The notes: generated from the sequence alone by a model not told the origin. A stretch of DNA of 64,000 bases from an uncultured Candidatus Saccharibacteria bacterium (GCA_964525295.1 CAZGEO010000002.1:258551-322550), one strand, 5' to 3'; numbered from the stretch's first letter, positions 17,951 through 28,155 are shown. Program-made: numbers and translations.

Positions 17951-18452
17951 ATACGAGACATTAAGTGATTTAGTTAAGAAATCAGGTAAAAAAATATTCA
18001 TAGTTGTTGAAAATGTTCGCTCGGCATACAATGTAGGTGCTATGTTTCGTACAGCAGATGGAGCTGGAAACGTTGCAATGGTTTTAGTAGGTTACACGCC
18101 AACCCCCGAAAATCCGAAGGTAAAGAAAACTGCGCTCGGTGCTGAAGAACTGATTCCTTGGTGTCAAGTTGCTACTACGGCAGAACTAATCAATTTTTGT
18201 AAAGATACAAAAACTTCTTTGGTTGCAGTTGAGTTAACACCAGAAGCAAAGAATTTATTTGCATGGCAATCTCTCGAAGATCAAATTTTTCTTGCGGTTG
18301 GCAATGAAGTAACCGGTGTTTCTCTTGAATTAATTATGGCAGCAACTGATTCAGTCATGTTGCCGATGAATGGCCAAAAGGCATCGTTAAATGTTGCTGA
18401 GGCGACAAGTATTCTCATTTACGAGATGCTACGAAAGTCTACAAATCTGTAG
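17940..18452 (+). CDS. SpoU/TrmH-family RNA 2'-O-methyltransferase
   Basis: AYNVGAMFRTADGAG SPOUT motif. Confidence 0.75.
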   Translation: MQNKYETLSDLVKKSGKKIFIVVENVRSAYNVGAMFRTADGAGNVAMVLVGYTPTPENPKVKKTALGAEELIPWCQVATTAELINFCKDTKTSLVAVELTPEAKNLFAWQSLEDQIFLAVGNEVTGVSLELIMAATDSVMLPMNGQKASLNVAEATSILIYEMLRKSTNL

Positions 18453-18521
18453 AACAAATTTCACTGTCTCATAATATTTCTGGGTATGTTTGCTTTTACC
18501 AGGAATTCGTTTGTAACCCCT

Positions 18522-18549
18522 TTACAAACTCCAAAAAAATAGTTATAAT
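18522..18549 (+). promoter_or_regulatory. Sigma-70-type promoter of the dcw cluster (TTACAA, 16-nt spacer, TATAAT) ending 8 nt before the mraZ ATG
   Basis: Read directly in the sequence. Fits a leaderless or near-leaderless mraZ. Confidence 0.5.
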
Positions 18550-18557
18550 GGTGAAGT

Positions 18558-19046
18558 ATGGTGAAAACTGGTGAAATAACACAATTGGTTGGCGAATACA
18601 CAGGAAAAGTGGTCGCAGGTCATCGTGTTGCGTTACCAGCGCCATTAAGAAAGCAGCTTGGTACGAATTTCATTATCACAAAAGGTTATGAAGGATGTCT
18701 GCTTATTGTTCCGGCTGATGCGTGGCAGAAGCTGATTGAACCGATGCAGTCTCGCTCATTCCTTGATAGAAACGTTCGTGATTCTATGCGTTTTCTCGTC
18801 GGAAGTGCATATCAAATGGCTTCAGATGCCCAAGGTCGTGTTGTTGTACCTGAATCATTGAGAGAATATTCGAAAATTTCCTATTCAGAAAAGCGTGAAG
18901 CGGAAGTAGTCTTCGTAGGTTTGGTGAATTGGGTAGAAGTATGGGAAAAGAAATCTTGGCTTGATCGCTCCAATTACCTTGATGATAATGCTGACGCAAT
19001 CGCCCAAGAATTATTAGCTACAAAATCAGAAGGAGGGAATTTATAA
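18558..19046 (+). CDS. mraZ: Transcriptional regulator MraZ
   Basis: Duplicated DxxxR-type repeats. First gene of the dcw cluster. Confidence 0.8.
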   Translation: MVKTGEITQLVGEYTGKVVAGHRVALPAPLRKQLGTNFIITKGYEGCLLIVPADAWQKLIEPMQSRSFLDRNVRDSMRFLVGSAYQMASDAQGRVVVPESLREYSKISYSEKREAEVVFVGLVNWVEVWEKKSWLDRSNYLDDNADAIAQELLATKSEGGNL

Positions 19047-20002
19047 TGTCAGCTTCAGCACCAAAGAAAATTTACCACGTCCCGGTAATGTTGAAGGAAG
19101 TTGTTGAAGAGTTTTCGTTAATTCCTCAAAATGGTTGGATTGTTGATGGAACATTCGGTGATGGCGGGCACTCAAAAGAAATTTTTGCAAAGCGAGTAGC
19201 AACTTTTAAATCAAACAAGCTTTTAAGTATTGATTGGGATTTTTCTGGTTATGAAGCATTTATGACTCATGAAGGTGAAAAGCCAGTACTTGTTGAACAA
19301 CTGTCAGCAGAATCAAAATGGGTTTTAATAAAAGATAATTTTGCGAACTTAAAATATATTGCAAAGGATGTCGCAGAAAAAACTGGAGAAGAATTCAAAC
19401 TCGCGGGAATGTTGCTCGATTTAGGAATCTCATCCCGACAATATGTACAGAAGCAACGAGGTTTCAGTTTTTCTTCTGATGGAAAAGCAGATATGCGAAT
19501 GGGTGAAGTTTATAAGGTAGCTGCTTACGATTTATTGAATCTTTTAGGTTATAACAAATTAGTTCAAATGTTTGAGCACACAGTTGGCATGCCACATGCG
19601 TTAGCAGCCAAGCTTTCACATGAGTTGGTTGCGGAACGAACTCGCAAGCCATTCGGAAACAACGATGATATTGCAAGATTGAATGCAATTGCCTATAAAA
19701 CAACTCCAATTAGAGCGAATTCTGTTGGTAAAATTCATCCTGCAACGTTGCTTTTCTTGGCATTGAGAATCGCAGTTAATACTGAATTGCAGAATATTCA
19801 AGACATCCTCCCAGCAGCATTAAAATATGCGATTCCTGGAGCGAAATTGTTAATCATGTCTTATCACAGCGCCGAAGAACAGATAGTAACTGAATTTGTG
19901 AAGAATAATAAGTTGCATGCTGAAGTTCTTTTACCTTCAAAAAGTGAAATTGTGAAGAACCCACGCGCAAGAAGTTGTAAATTAACCATAATCACAGTAT
20001 GA
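19046..20002 (+). CDS. rsmH: 16S rRNA m4C1402 methyltransferase RsmH (MraW)
   Basis: HVPVML and DGTFGDGGHS motifs. Confidence 0.85.
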   Translation: MSASAPKKIYHVPVMLKEVVEEFSLIPQNGWIVDGTFGDGGHSKEIFAKRVATFKSNKLLSIDWDFSGYEAFMTHEGEKPVLVEQLSAESKWVLIKDNFANLKYIAKDVAEKTGEEFKLAGMLLDLGISSRQYVQKQRGFSFSSDGKADMRMGEVYKVAAYDLLNLLGYNKLVQMFEHTVGMPHALAAKLSHELVAERTRKPFGNNDDIARLNAIAYKTTPIRANSVGKIHPATLLFLALRIAVNTELQNIQDILPAALKYAIPGAKLLIMSYHSAEEQIVTEFVKNNKLHAEVLLPSKSEIVKNPRARSCKLTIITV

Positions 20003-20286
20003 AATTAACAAAAATTGCTATGTTCCTGTTTGCTGCAGTAACAATTTTTCTTATTGCATTACAATTTAAAGTTTCTGCGCAATATGAACCAATTGCACAA
20101 GAAGTTGGTATGATGGATACTCAATCGAAAGCATTGAACACGACATATCTTGATTATGAAGAGCAAGGTGCAATTCTTCGTTCAAGCGAATTTTTAGCTA
20201 CTGAACGAGCGAATGGCTATGTAAATGCTCCTGCAAAAGTTTTGTATGTAGATCCTTCAGCTCCAATTGTAAGTAGCAATGACTAG
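19999..20286 (+). CDS. ftsL: FtsL-like cell-division protein (single N-terminal TM)
   Basis: Size, topology and position between rsmH and ftsI. No diagnostic motif. Confidence 0.5.
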   Translation: MKLTKIAMFLFAAVTIFLIALQFKVSAQYEPIAQEVGMMDTQSKALNTTYLDYEEQGAILRSSEFLATERANGYVNAPAKVLYVDPSAPIVSSND

Positions 20287-22144
20287 GCAACCTGTAAAAA
20301 AAGGTGTTGAGAGCATTAGTTCTAGTAAGCGAGTTCGCAATCTGATTTTAGGAGTTGTAGTATTTGTTTCAATTTTGGTTTTGGTGCAATTGTTGCGGTG
20401 GCAAGTTTTTGAATATGATCGTTTTGCTGCACTCGCAAATGCGCAGTTGTCAGCAGCCGAAGAAATATTTACCAAGCGCGGTACGATTTACACTCAAGAT
20501 GGGGTAGTGTTGGCGGTTGATAGTCCCTCATGGGATATTGTTATTTCGCTAACAAATGACGTAGATAAGAAGTTTTTTACTCAAACGGTTGCCGATGTTG
20601 AGGCCAAATATGCGAAGATTTTGGCTTCAAATAAAGATAGTGATAAGCAATCAGTAATTGATGCAAATAATACATTGAAAGAGCGAGAGCTGGGTAAAAC
20701 AAAAGAGCGCGTCTTTGCAAAGATTTCTGAAATTATTGGTGAACCTACAGAAACGCTAGAGAAATCGTTCAACATTAAGGCTATGAGTTATCAGGTGATT
20801 TTTAAAGGTATAAATAAGCGACAACGTGATCAACTTGATGCCTTAAAACTTCACGGAATTTATACAAATGATGCGGTTAATCGACTGTATCCGAATGGGA
20901 ATTTGATGGCACATATCATTGGGTATGTTGGCACTGACAGCAATGGTGAGCCACGTGGGAATTATGGTGTCGAAGGATTTTTCTGGGGAGATATTAAGGG
21001 TAAAGAGGGTATAACTCAACAAGAGAAAGATTTATCAGGTAAGGCAATTATCAGTAAAGAGTATAGAAATATTCGATATAGAGAAGGAAAGAATATTGTA
21101 TTAACGGTTAACTCAGGTATACAGAAAAAAGTTGAAAAAATTCTTGCAGAAGGAGTGCAAGAGCAAAAAGGTGATAGTGGTACGGTCATTATCATGGATC
21201 CAAAATCAGGGAACATTATCGCAATGGCAACATATCCTGATTATGATCCAAACGAGTTTTGGAAAGTAAAAGATGTTGGAATATTTTCGAACAAAGCGGT
21301 ATCTGGTCCTTATGAATATGGTTCTGTGCAAAAGCCTCTGACAATCGCAATGGCAATGACTGAAGGCAAACTAACAGAAAATGACATTTGCAATGACACC
21401 GGAAAAATGACTATAGATAACGAGACAATCTATAACTTTTCGTTTGTTAAGCACGGTAAGATAACACCTATGCAAACTTTGCAGTATTCAGATAACATTT
21501 GCGCTGCAGAATATGGTCTTAAAGTCGGAGCTCAAGCGATGCATGGGTATCTTATTAGATTAGGAATTGGATCACCAACAGGAATCGGTATTCACGAAGA
21601 AGAAACAAGTTTCCTAAAGGCAGCTAATAAATGGTTGAACATTGATACCGCAACCACTTCGTATGGGCAAGCAATTTCAGCGACGCCATTACAGTTACTT
21701 TCTGCGCTTTCAACTTTGGCAAATCATGGTGTTCGTATGCAACCAAAGCTAGTCGAAAAAATTTATAATAATGAAGACGAAATTGTAATTCCCCCAACGT
21801 CTGCAGGGCAGGTTTTTCCGCCAGAAATCGCAGATAAGGTTGCCGGAATGATGCGTGAAGCAGCAATGTCTCGACCAGAATTTAGAAAATATCGTAATAT
21901 TTATTCTATTGCGGGGAAAACTGGTACAGCTCAGGTTGCGAAATCCGATGCATCGGGGTATTATGACGATAGAACGAACGTAACATTTGTAGGGTTTGCT
22001 CCCGCAGAAGATGCGCGTTTCATCATGTTGGTGAAAGTTGCAAATCCCAAGAATGCTACGCTTGCAAACTTAACGGTAATGCCTCTGTGGTTGAAAATCT
22101 TTGATACAATCAAAGATGATCTTGGCGTGCCGAGAATAAACTGA
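20279..22144 (+). CDS. ftsI: Class B penicillin-binding protein / FtsI-type D,D-transpeptidase
   Basis: N-terminal TM, SVQK (SxxK) and KTGTA (KTG) motifs. Confidence 0.85.
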   Translation: MTRQPVKKGVESISSSKRVRNLILGVVVFVSILVLVQLLRWQVFEYDRFAALANAQLSAAEEIFTKRGTIYTQDGVVLAVDSPSWDIVISLTNDVDKKFFTQTVADVEAKYAKILASNKDSDKQSVIDANNTLKERELGKTKERVFAKISEIIGEPTETLEKSFNIKAMSYQVIFKGINKRQRDQLDALKLHGIYTNDAVNRLYPNGNLMAHIIGYVGTDSNGEPRGNYGVEGFFWGDIKGKEGITQQEKDLSGKAIISKEYRNIRYREGKNIVLTVNSGIQKKVEKILAEGVQEQKGDSGTVIIMDPKSGNIIAMATYPDYDPNEFWKVKDVGIFSNKAVSGPYEYGSVQKPLTIAMAMTEGKLTENDICNDTGKMTIDNETIYNFSFVKHGKITPMQTLQYSDNICAAEYGLKVGAQAMHGYLIRLGIGSPTGIGIHEEETSFLKAANKWLNIDTATTSYGQAISATPLQLLSALSTLANHGVRMQPKLVEKIYNNEDEIVIPPTSAGQVFPPEIADKVAGMMREAAMSRPEFRKYRNIYSIAGKTGTAQVAKSDASGYYDDRTNVTFVGFAPAEDARFIMLVKVANPKNATLANLTVMPLWLKIFDTIKDDLGVPRIN

Positions 22145-22159
22145 ACTGATTAATAAAAC

Positions 22160-23203
22160 ATGTTATCGCTATCACTTTTCATGGTTAAGGAACTCGTTTT
22201 ATGGGCATTATTGGGCATAGTAGCTGCAGCAATTTGGGTAGTTCCACTAATCGACTTACTGTATAAATTGCAATTTACTGCACAACATTTGGCTATGCCA
22301 AATAAAATTAACGCCGAATGGATGAAAATTCATGGCAACACAACCGGAACTCCAAGTTTGGGCGGAATTCTTATCTGGATCACCGTGCCTGTATTACTTT
22401 TATCAGTTTTTTGGGCAATTCCTTTGATGCGTGCAATAGGTTTCATTGTGTTAATTGTAGGTTTATACGGTTTAATCGATGGGATTTTGGATGTTGTTAA
22501 GAAAAATGATGTGAAGTTCAGGGAATTTCAAAATAGCTTCGAATGGCGCGTCGGAAAATTACTTGTTTCATTGATTATGAATGTCGCTGTTGCATTACTT
22601 ATTGTGAACGTGGCAGGCGTAAAATCATTCGATTTCTTCGGTATATCTTTTGCAATTGATAATGTTATTGGAATAGCATTTCTATCGGTTGTTGCTTCGG
22701 TGTTCACCTATGCAACAGAGATAATTGATGGGATTGATGGTCTTTCTTCTGGTATGTATATCATCACCTTGTTAGGTTTCGTGCTACTTATGCTTGCGTT
22801 GCCTGCGCAATTTCTGACTTCTGCTGCAACCTCGGCAATTTCTGGCGTTGGCGTTTATCTCGGAGTTTTGATTGTTTATTTGTACTTCAATATCCCACCT
22901 GCTCGTTTTTACATGGGTGGCCCAGGTGCGATGCCAATGGGGGCGGTTTTTCTGCTTTTAGGATTATTTGGAAATGTCGTTCCAGCCTTATTAGTTCTTA
23001 TGGTCCCGTATCTTCTAGATTTAGCAACCAGTTTTATACAACTTTTCTCGATTAAATTTCTTAATCGTAAGGTTTTCAAAATCGCTCCAGTTCATCACCA
23101 TTTCGAAGCAATAGGGTGGCCTTCACCAAAGGTTGTTATGCGTTTTTGGTTATTTAATATTGTGACAATCTTCTTAGCTTTAGCTGTTCAATTGTTCATA
23201 TAA
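22160..23203 (+). CDS. mraY: Phospho-N-acetylmuramoyl-pentapeptide transferase
   Basis: DGIDGLSSG and PVHHHFE motifs, polytopic. Confidence 0.9.
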   Translation: MLSLSLFMVKELVLWALLGIVAAAIWVVPLIDLLYKLQFTAQHLAMPNKINAEWMKIHGNTTGTPSLGGILIWITVPVLLLSVFWAIPLMRAIGFIVLIVGLYGLIDGILDVVKKNDVKFREFQNSFEWRVGKLLVSLIMNVAVALLIVNVAGVKSFDFFGISFAIDNVIGIAFLSVVASVFTYATEIIDGIDGLSSGMYIITLLGFVLLMLALPAQFLTSAATSAISGVGVYLGVLIVYLYFNIPPARFYMGGPGAMPMGAVFLLLGLFGNVVPALLVLMVPYLLDLATSFIQLFSIKFLNRKVFKIAPVHHHFEAIGWPSPKVVMRFWLFNIVTIFLALAVQLFI

Positions 23204-23209
23204 GAAGTT

Positions 23210-24226
23210 ATGTTCAGAAAATCTGCCCAAAAGAACAAAAACAGTTTTAGAAAGAAACCATCAGTTGCTCTTAACCGCCTAAATAATTCAGAATTTCGTA
23301 AAGGTTTAGGTAGAATTCTTCTCGTGGTGGGTGGCATGGTGCTTTTTTGCGCTGCAATATACGGTGGATATGTCGGCATTCGTAGTTTAATTGATTCTGG
23401 TTATAGACCAGGAAGTAGTACATTCGAGGCTTGTTCTGGGCAATTAACCTCAATTAAGGCAACTCCAATGTACGGTGCTGTATTTACGATTTCTGGTGAT
23501 TTAGTCGAGAAAATTGACATTACTGCACCTGATGGAGCAGGCCTTCACTCGCTTGAATTATCTGCTGATGCTAGGGTAATGGTTTATTTTTCTAACAACT
23601 TTATGTTTTCACAAATTGGTGAACTTTTACGATTTAGTAAACTTGAGAAGAACGCAATTGATTATTGCTTTTTGTTGGAGCAATTATCACTAACTACTGG
23701 GCTTCCTGTGGAATATATAATTGTTAATGATAAAGAAACTGGGGTAATTTCGACATTACCTCTTCGAGAGATTCGTCGAATTATTAAACAGGTCACTGAA
23801 GGGAAAAAATTAGCGTTCAAACAAAACCTTTTACCAGAGTATAGATTATCAGATGGATCTTCAGCAAAAGTTATTACTTATGCTGCGATGAAAGAACAAT
23901 TTCCCAACTTTTTCAAAATACCAGAAATTGCTCAAGAGCAGGCATTTGTCGAAGTCTATAATTCGACAAATATTGATGGTTATGCAAGCATTATCTCTAG
24001 AAAATGGTCGATGTTAGGAATTGAAATTTCAAGAGTAGGAAACAGTTCGCATGAACAACTTAGTGACGCTGTCGCAGTTGTATATGTTAAAGATGCGAGT
24101 AAGTATCAGCGAACATTAGCGATGATTAAGAGTTCACTAATTGGTGGTAAGGTGATCGTAAAAGAAGGTCGCCCTTCAAATGTGGTCACCACCGGAGATA
24201 TTGTAGTTTTCCTTCTTAAACGGTAG
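23210..24226 (+). CDS. Membrane-anchored protein with a C-terminal LytR_C-like domain
   Basis: N-terminal TM. C-terminal approximately 100 aa fit the LytR_C pattern (V.VYNST..DGYA....L...G.....G.....T.V.Y......A..I...L.GG.V......P....T.DIVV.L). Confidence 0.5.
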   Translation: MFRKSAQKNKNSFRKKPSVALNRLNNSEFRKGLGRILLVVGGMVLFCAAIYGGYVGIRSLIDSGYRPGSSTFEACSGQLTSIKATPMYGAVFTISGDLVEKIDITAPDGAGLHSLELSADARVMVYFSNNFMFSQIGELLRFSKLEKNAIDYCFLLEQLSLTTGLPVEYIIVNDKETGVISTLPLREIRRIIKQVTEGKKLAFKQNLLPEYRLSDGSSAKVITYAAMKEQFPNFFKIPEIAQEQAFVEVYNSTNIDGYASIISRKWSMLGIEISRVGNSSHEQLSDAVAVVYVKDASKYQRTLAMIKSSLIGGKVIVKEGRPSNVVTTGDIVVFLLKR

Positions 24227-24232
24227 AATAGA

Positions 24233-26668
24233 TTGTCTATGGATCCGATACTGCTCACAGTCATAATTGTTGTTTCTTTGTTTTTATTAGTGTTATTCAT
24301 TGTTGCAATTTTTCCCAAACGTAAAACGACAGAGGCTTTTCCTGCAGGAACAAATGAAAAATTGGTAGGTGTCCAAAGAGTCGTTCTTCAAATAGCAGTT
24401 CCAAAAAATAATGACAAAACTCCACTGGCTGCGGAGCAACTGTTTGCTTCTCTACACGGCCTATACAAAGAAAGTGCTGCAGTAGCAACAATGAGCTTGG
24501 AGATTGCTTCAAATGCAAAGTTTGGCGTTCAATTTTATATTGTTGCAGAGAGTTCTCAAGTAGCTTACATCAAAGGGCAAGTTTACGCGCAATATCCAAC
24601 TGCAGAAATTTCTGTGGTGTCTGATTATATGGAGCAAGCTTTGCAATGGGGGCCTTCAATTCATGTTTCTGCTGGTGAGATAATGCTTGAACGAGAGCAT
24701 ATTTTTCCAATAAAAACATTTAAAGATTTTGATGTTGATCCACTTTCAGGCATTACTGGTGCTCTCAGCGAGATGAGTGGTGACGAAGAAACCTGGATTC
24801 AATATGTGATTCGTCCATATCCTAATATGTGGCAAAAAGTTTCTCAGAAATACATATCTGCATTAAGAGCAGAAGGCAACAATATATTCGACACTCCGTC
24901 ATTTTGGAAAACTTTTTGGGGAATAATTACTGGATTCTTTCGCTATTTTTTTGATTCGTTGACATATGATCCAACAAAAGTAACTCTGCCGACTAAACAG
25001 CCTTCTATACGTCTTGAACCATATCAAGAAGAAGAGATTCGTAGGGTAGAAGAGAAATCGCAGAAGCAAGGTTTTCAAGTGGCTATTCGAATTCTTTCGA
25101 AAAGTGGAGATCCAAATAGAGCAGTACAGCTATTTGAAGGAATTGCTGCCTCTTTTAGGCAGTACGCGACTGCTCATCTAAATGCATTTACTCTCAATTT
25201 GGCAAAACCAGCAGCAGAGGTCTTTACCAATATGAAAGAACGTTACATTCCAATTGCTCATGATGAAATCTTAACAATTGAAGAAATAGCTTCAATGTAT
25301 CACTTACCAAATACAACTGGCGGATCAACTTCACTGTTTGTAACTACTGCAGGAAAATTACCACCACCTGTTGATTTACCGATTAATGAAGGTACAGTCA
25401 TTGCGCAAACAAACTATCGAGGAGAAAATCAAATCTTTGGTATCAAAAAGAAAGATAAGCGCCGTCACACATATATAATTGGTCGTACTGGTACAGGAAA
25501 GACGAGTTTAATGAGAAACATGATCGTTTCAGATATTCTGGCCGGAGAAGGTGTTGGCCTTATCGATCCTCATGGTGAAACGGCAGAATTTATACTTGAT
25601 CATATTCCTGCTCATCGCGTTGAAGATGTGATCTATTTTAATCCTGGTGATGTTGAATATCCTGTTGGTTTCAATCCAATTTATGTTAAAGATCGTAATC
25701 AACGTGATCTTATTGCTGATAATATTATTGGTGTTTTCAAGAAATACTTCGATTCTTGGGGGCCAAGGCTTGAGTATATTTTATACAATACCATTTTATC
25801 TGCACTTGACTCACAAGGAACAACCTTACTATCAGTTCAACGAATGTTGACCGATGCTGAATATCGAAAGCGTGTACTATCGCATGTAAAAGATCCGATG
25901 ATTCATAGATTTTGGCGAGAAGAGTTTAGTATGATCGAAGAAAATCGCAAACTGCTCTCAGATGCAGTAGCACCAATTCAAAATAAAATCGGGCGTTATC
26001 TTTCACCGAGAATAACTCGCAATATCCTTGGACAAACCAAATCAACATTTAATATACGCGAAATGATTGATTCAAAAAAAATATTCATAGCAAACTTATC
26101 AAAGGGGAAAATTGGTGAAGAGAATACTTCGCTGTTAGGTGGTCTTTTAATTGCACGCATTTACACGGCTGCTATGGAACGAGTCGATATACCAGAAGAG
26201 CAACGAGAAGATTTCTCACTATACATTGATGAAGTGCAAAGTTTTACTACAGATGCGTTTGTCAATATACTCTCTGAAGCTCGTAAATATCGCTTGTCGC
26301 TTGTAATTAACCATCAATTTACTGAGCAATTACCAACTGAGATGCGTTCAGGAATTTTTGGAAACGTCGGTACAATGATTGCATTTAGCGTTAGTCAAAA
26401 AGATGCAACTGTTTTAGCCCAAGAATTTGCTCCATACGTAACACCTGAAGATATTCTTGCTTTACCAAATTATCATTTGTATCTTCGTATGGTTATTAAT
26501 GACAGGATTTCGGAACCTTTCAGCGCAGTTTCATTGCCTTTTAGATATCAGCCATTTGGTTACAAGGATATCATAAAACAGATGTCTCGCGATAAATATG
26601 CAGTTCCTCGCGATGTAATTGAAGAAAAAATTGCGCGTTGGGCTGAGAATAAGGGAGAAGAATCGTAA
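24233..26668 (+). CDS. FtsK/HerA-superfamily type IV secretion-type ATPase (VirB4/VirD4/TraG-like). N-terminal TM plus an approximately 400-aa unique domain.
   Basis: Walker A GRTGTGKTS followed by LIDPHGE (the DPKGE-type motif of T4SS ATPases), Walker B LYIDEVQSF, downstream HQFTEQL Q-motif. 811 aa. Confidence 0.6.
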   Translation: MSMDPILLTVIIVVSLFLLVLFIVAIFPKRKTTEAFPAGTNEKLVGVQRVVLQIAVPKNNDKTPLAAEQLFASLHGLYKESAAVATMSLEIASNAKFGVQFYIVAESSQVAYIKGQVYAQYPTAEISVVSDYMEQALQWGPSIHVSAGEIMLEREHIFPIKTFKDFDVDPLSGITGALSEMSGDEETWIQYVIRPYPNMWQKVSQKYISALRAEGNNIFDTPSFWKTFWGIITGFFRYFFDSLTYDPTKVTLPTKQPSIRLEPYQEEEIRRVEEKSQKQGFQVAIRILSKSGDPNRAVQLFEGIAASFRQYATAHLNAFTLNLAKPAAEVFTNMKERYIPIAHDEILTIEEIASMYHLPNTTGGSTSLFVTTAGKLPPPVDLPINEGTVIAQTNYRGENQIFGIKKKDKRRHTYIIGRTGTGKTSLMRNMIVSDILAGEGVGLIDPHGETAEFILDHIPAHRVEDVIYFNPGDVEYPVGFNPIYVKDRNQRDLIADNIIGVFKKYFDSWGPRLEYILYNTILSALDSQGTTLLSVQRMLTDAEYRKRVLSHVKDPMIHRFWREEFSMIEENRKLLSDAVAPIQNKIGRYLSPRITRNILGQTKSTFNIREMIDSKKIFIANLSKGKIGEENTSLLGGLLIARIYTAAMERVDIPEEQREDFSLYIDEVQSFTTDAFVNILSEARKYRLSLVINHQFTEQLPTEMRSGIFGNVGTMIAFSVSQKDATVLAQEFAPYVTPEDILALPNYHLYLRMVINDRISEPFSAVSLPFRYQPFGYKDIIKQMSRDKYAVPRDVIEEKIARWAENKGEES

Positions 26669-26684
26669 TTCATGTTATCGAAAG

Positions 26685-26712
26685 AAAAAAGGGGGCTTTT
26701 ACCCCCTTTTTT
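26685..26712. terminator. Bidirectional intrinsic terminator (aaaaaggggg-ctttta-cccccttttt) between convergent genes
   Basis: Perfect 10-bp stem with A-run and T-run arms, read directly in the sequence. Confidence 0.6.
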
Positions 26713-26739
26713 CTCCTTATACAAACGGAACAAAAGAGA

Positions 26740-28155
26740 TTATACCGTTGCTTCTGGTTCAGGTTGCGGTTCTGGTTCAAGAGCCTCAAGAATAACTTCC
26801 ATTTGATCTTGAGTCAAGACGCCTGAAAGTTTTGAAACTGCCTTCTTTGCGGCTTTTAGCATATCTTCTTGTGTTTCTGGTCGCTTTGGCGCCGGTTCAC
26901 TTACCGCATTAAAGATTTGATAGAACCCTTGAAGAACTTTATTTGTAATAGGTAATTCTGGGTTTCGTGCTTGAATTATTCCAGTTACCATGGCTTTAAT
27001 TAGTCTTGCTACTGTCTCGGCTGTTTCTGCAGTTGTACCAAGTCTTCCAACTGTTTCGTTGACAAATCCGAGTACTGCCTTGAGGTCTTCTTGCGGTACA
27101 TTTGAAACATCAATGTCGAACTTTTCTGCAAATTTGTATCCGTAATCAGAAAGCCCGTCACCAGCTTTGATAGCCATCTTTATTAGGGTCATAAGGCTAT
27201 CAAATTCATCAGCTCCAATTTGTATAGTTTCGGATTTCGCTCTAATGGCTCGAAGAACATTATCGAGTGTGCTGCCGTCACCCTCGGGTAATTCTAGGTC
27301 ACCCAATCCTAATTGTTGTGCTGCCTTTTTTGCTTCTTTTATATAATCTGCAATACCTTTTCTTGCTGCATCACCGACTTCATCTGGGCTTGCAGTATTA
27401 TTACTGTTTCTAAAGTGTTCAAATGCATGGCCTAAACCGAATATCGCAGCACCGCCGGCAATTGTTCTCATTACCGCTCTACGCGCATCGTCTAAGGTCT
27501 CATTGTCTTTAGTTGACGCTTTTATTGCTCTGTAACTGAAGAAAGCAACAATTGGCACTGCAGCTATTAAACCCTTTGTTGCTGCATGACGAAGGAATTT
27601 TTCAGTATTTGTTTCTGAACGACCATCTGCAGTATTGCGTTTTTCCCATTCTCTGTTCAACTCGCCAGATGCTATGACTGTTGCAATTACTAATTCAATT
27701 CCAGTCATTGCTTCTGCCAGTTTGTCCCAAATACTTTCTTTTTTAGGATTCTTATCAGTTTCTTTACTTTTTGGACCAGGGCCTGGATTCACTGGTGGTG
27801 GCTCAACTTCTGGAAGCGGATTAGGAATTGGTTCTTCTTCAAAAGTGAGTATAAAATCTTTATGGTTTTTCAAAAATTCAGATGCAACATGTTTATTATT
27901 TTCGAAATCTGTCGCTCTGACGCTAGCACTACGTGCTACCATAGCAGTTAAGAAATCTGAAGTTTCTGGACGCGGATCAGGAGCAGTTGAAAATTCGGTA
28001 ATTAGGGAACTGGTAAACAACTGGAGAGCTTTCTCTTTGTTCTCACCATTGTTTAAATATTCACTAAATACATCCATAGCTTCTGGTCGGCCAACTTCAA
28101 CTGCAGCTATAACAATTGCTGTTGCAAAACGAGCAGCGTATTCTTCTGCAGTCAT
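26740..28155 (-). CDS. Hypothetical membrane protein (471 aa; Pro-rich linker, 2-3 TM helices, largely alpha-helical)
   Basis: Long ORF with no recognisable catalytic motif. Second gene of a two-gene minus-strand operon. Confidence 0.5.
   Translation of the reverse strand: MTAEEYAARFATAIVIAAVEVGRPEAMDVFSEYLNNGENKEKALQLFTSSLITEFSTAPDPRPETSDFLTAMVARSASVRATDFENNKHVASEFLKNHKDFILTFEEEPIPNPLPEVEPPPVNPGPGPKSKETDKNPKKESIWDKLAEAMTGIELVIATVIASGELNREWEKRNTADGRSETNTEKFLRHAATKGLIAAVPIVAFFSYRAIKASTKDNETLDDARRAVMRTIAGGAAIFGLGHAFEHFRNSNNTASPDEVGDAARKGIADYIKEAKKAAQQLGLGDLELPEGDGSTLDNVLRAIRAKSETIQIGADEFDSLMTLIKMAIKAGDGLSDYGYKFAEKFDIDVSNVPQEDLKAVLGFVNETVGRLGTTAETAETVARLIKAMVTGIIQARNPELPITNKVLQGFYQIFNAVSEPAPKRPETQEDMLKAAKKAVSKLSGVLTQDQMEVILEALEPEPQPEPEATV

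Noticed and set aside
24233-26668. Calling the ATPase FtsK/SpoIIIE (chromosome translocase) because of its dcw-cluster location
   Set aside because: It has a single N-terminal TM, a large non-FtsK N-terminal domain and a DPKGE-like motif after Walker A. That fits T4SS-type ATPases better than the FtsK 4-TM plus gamma-domain architecture.
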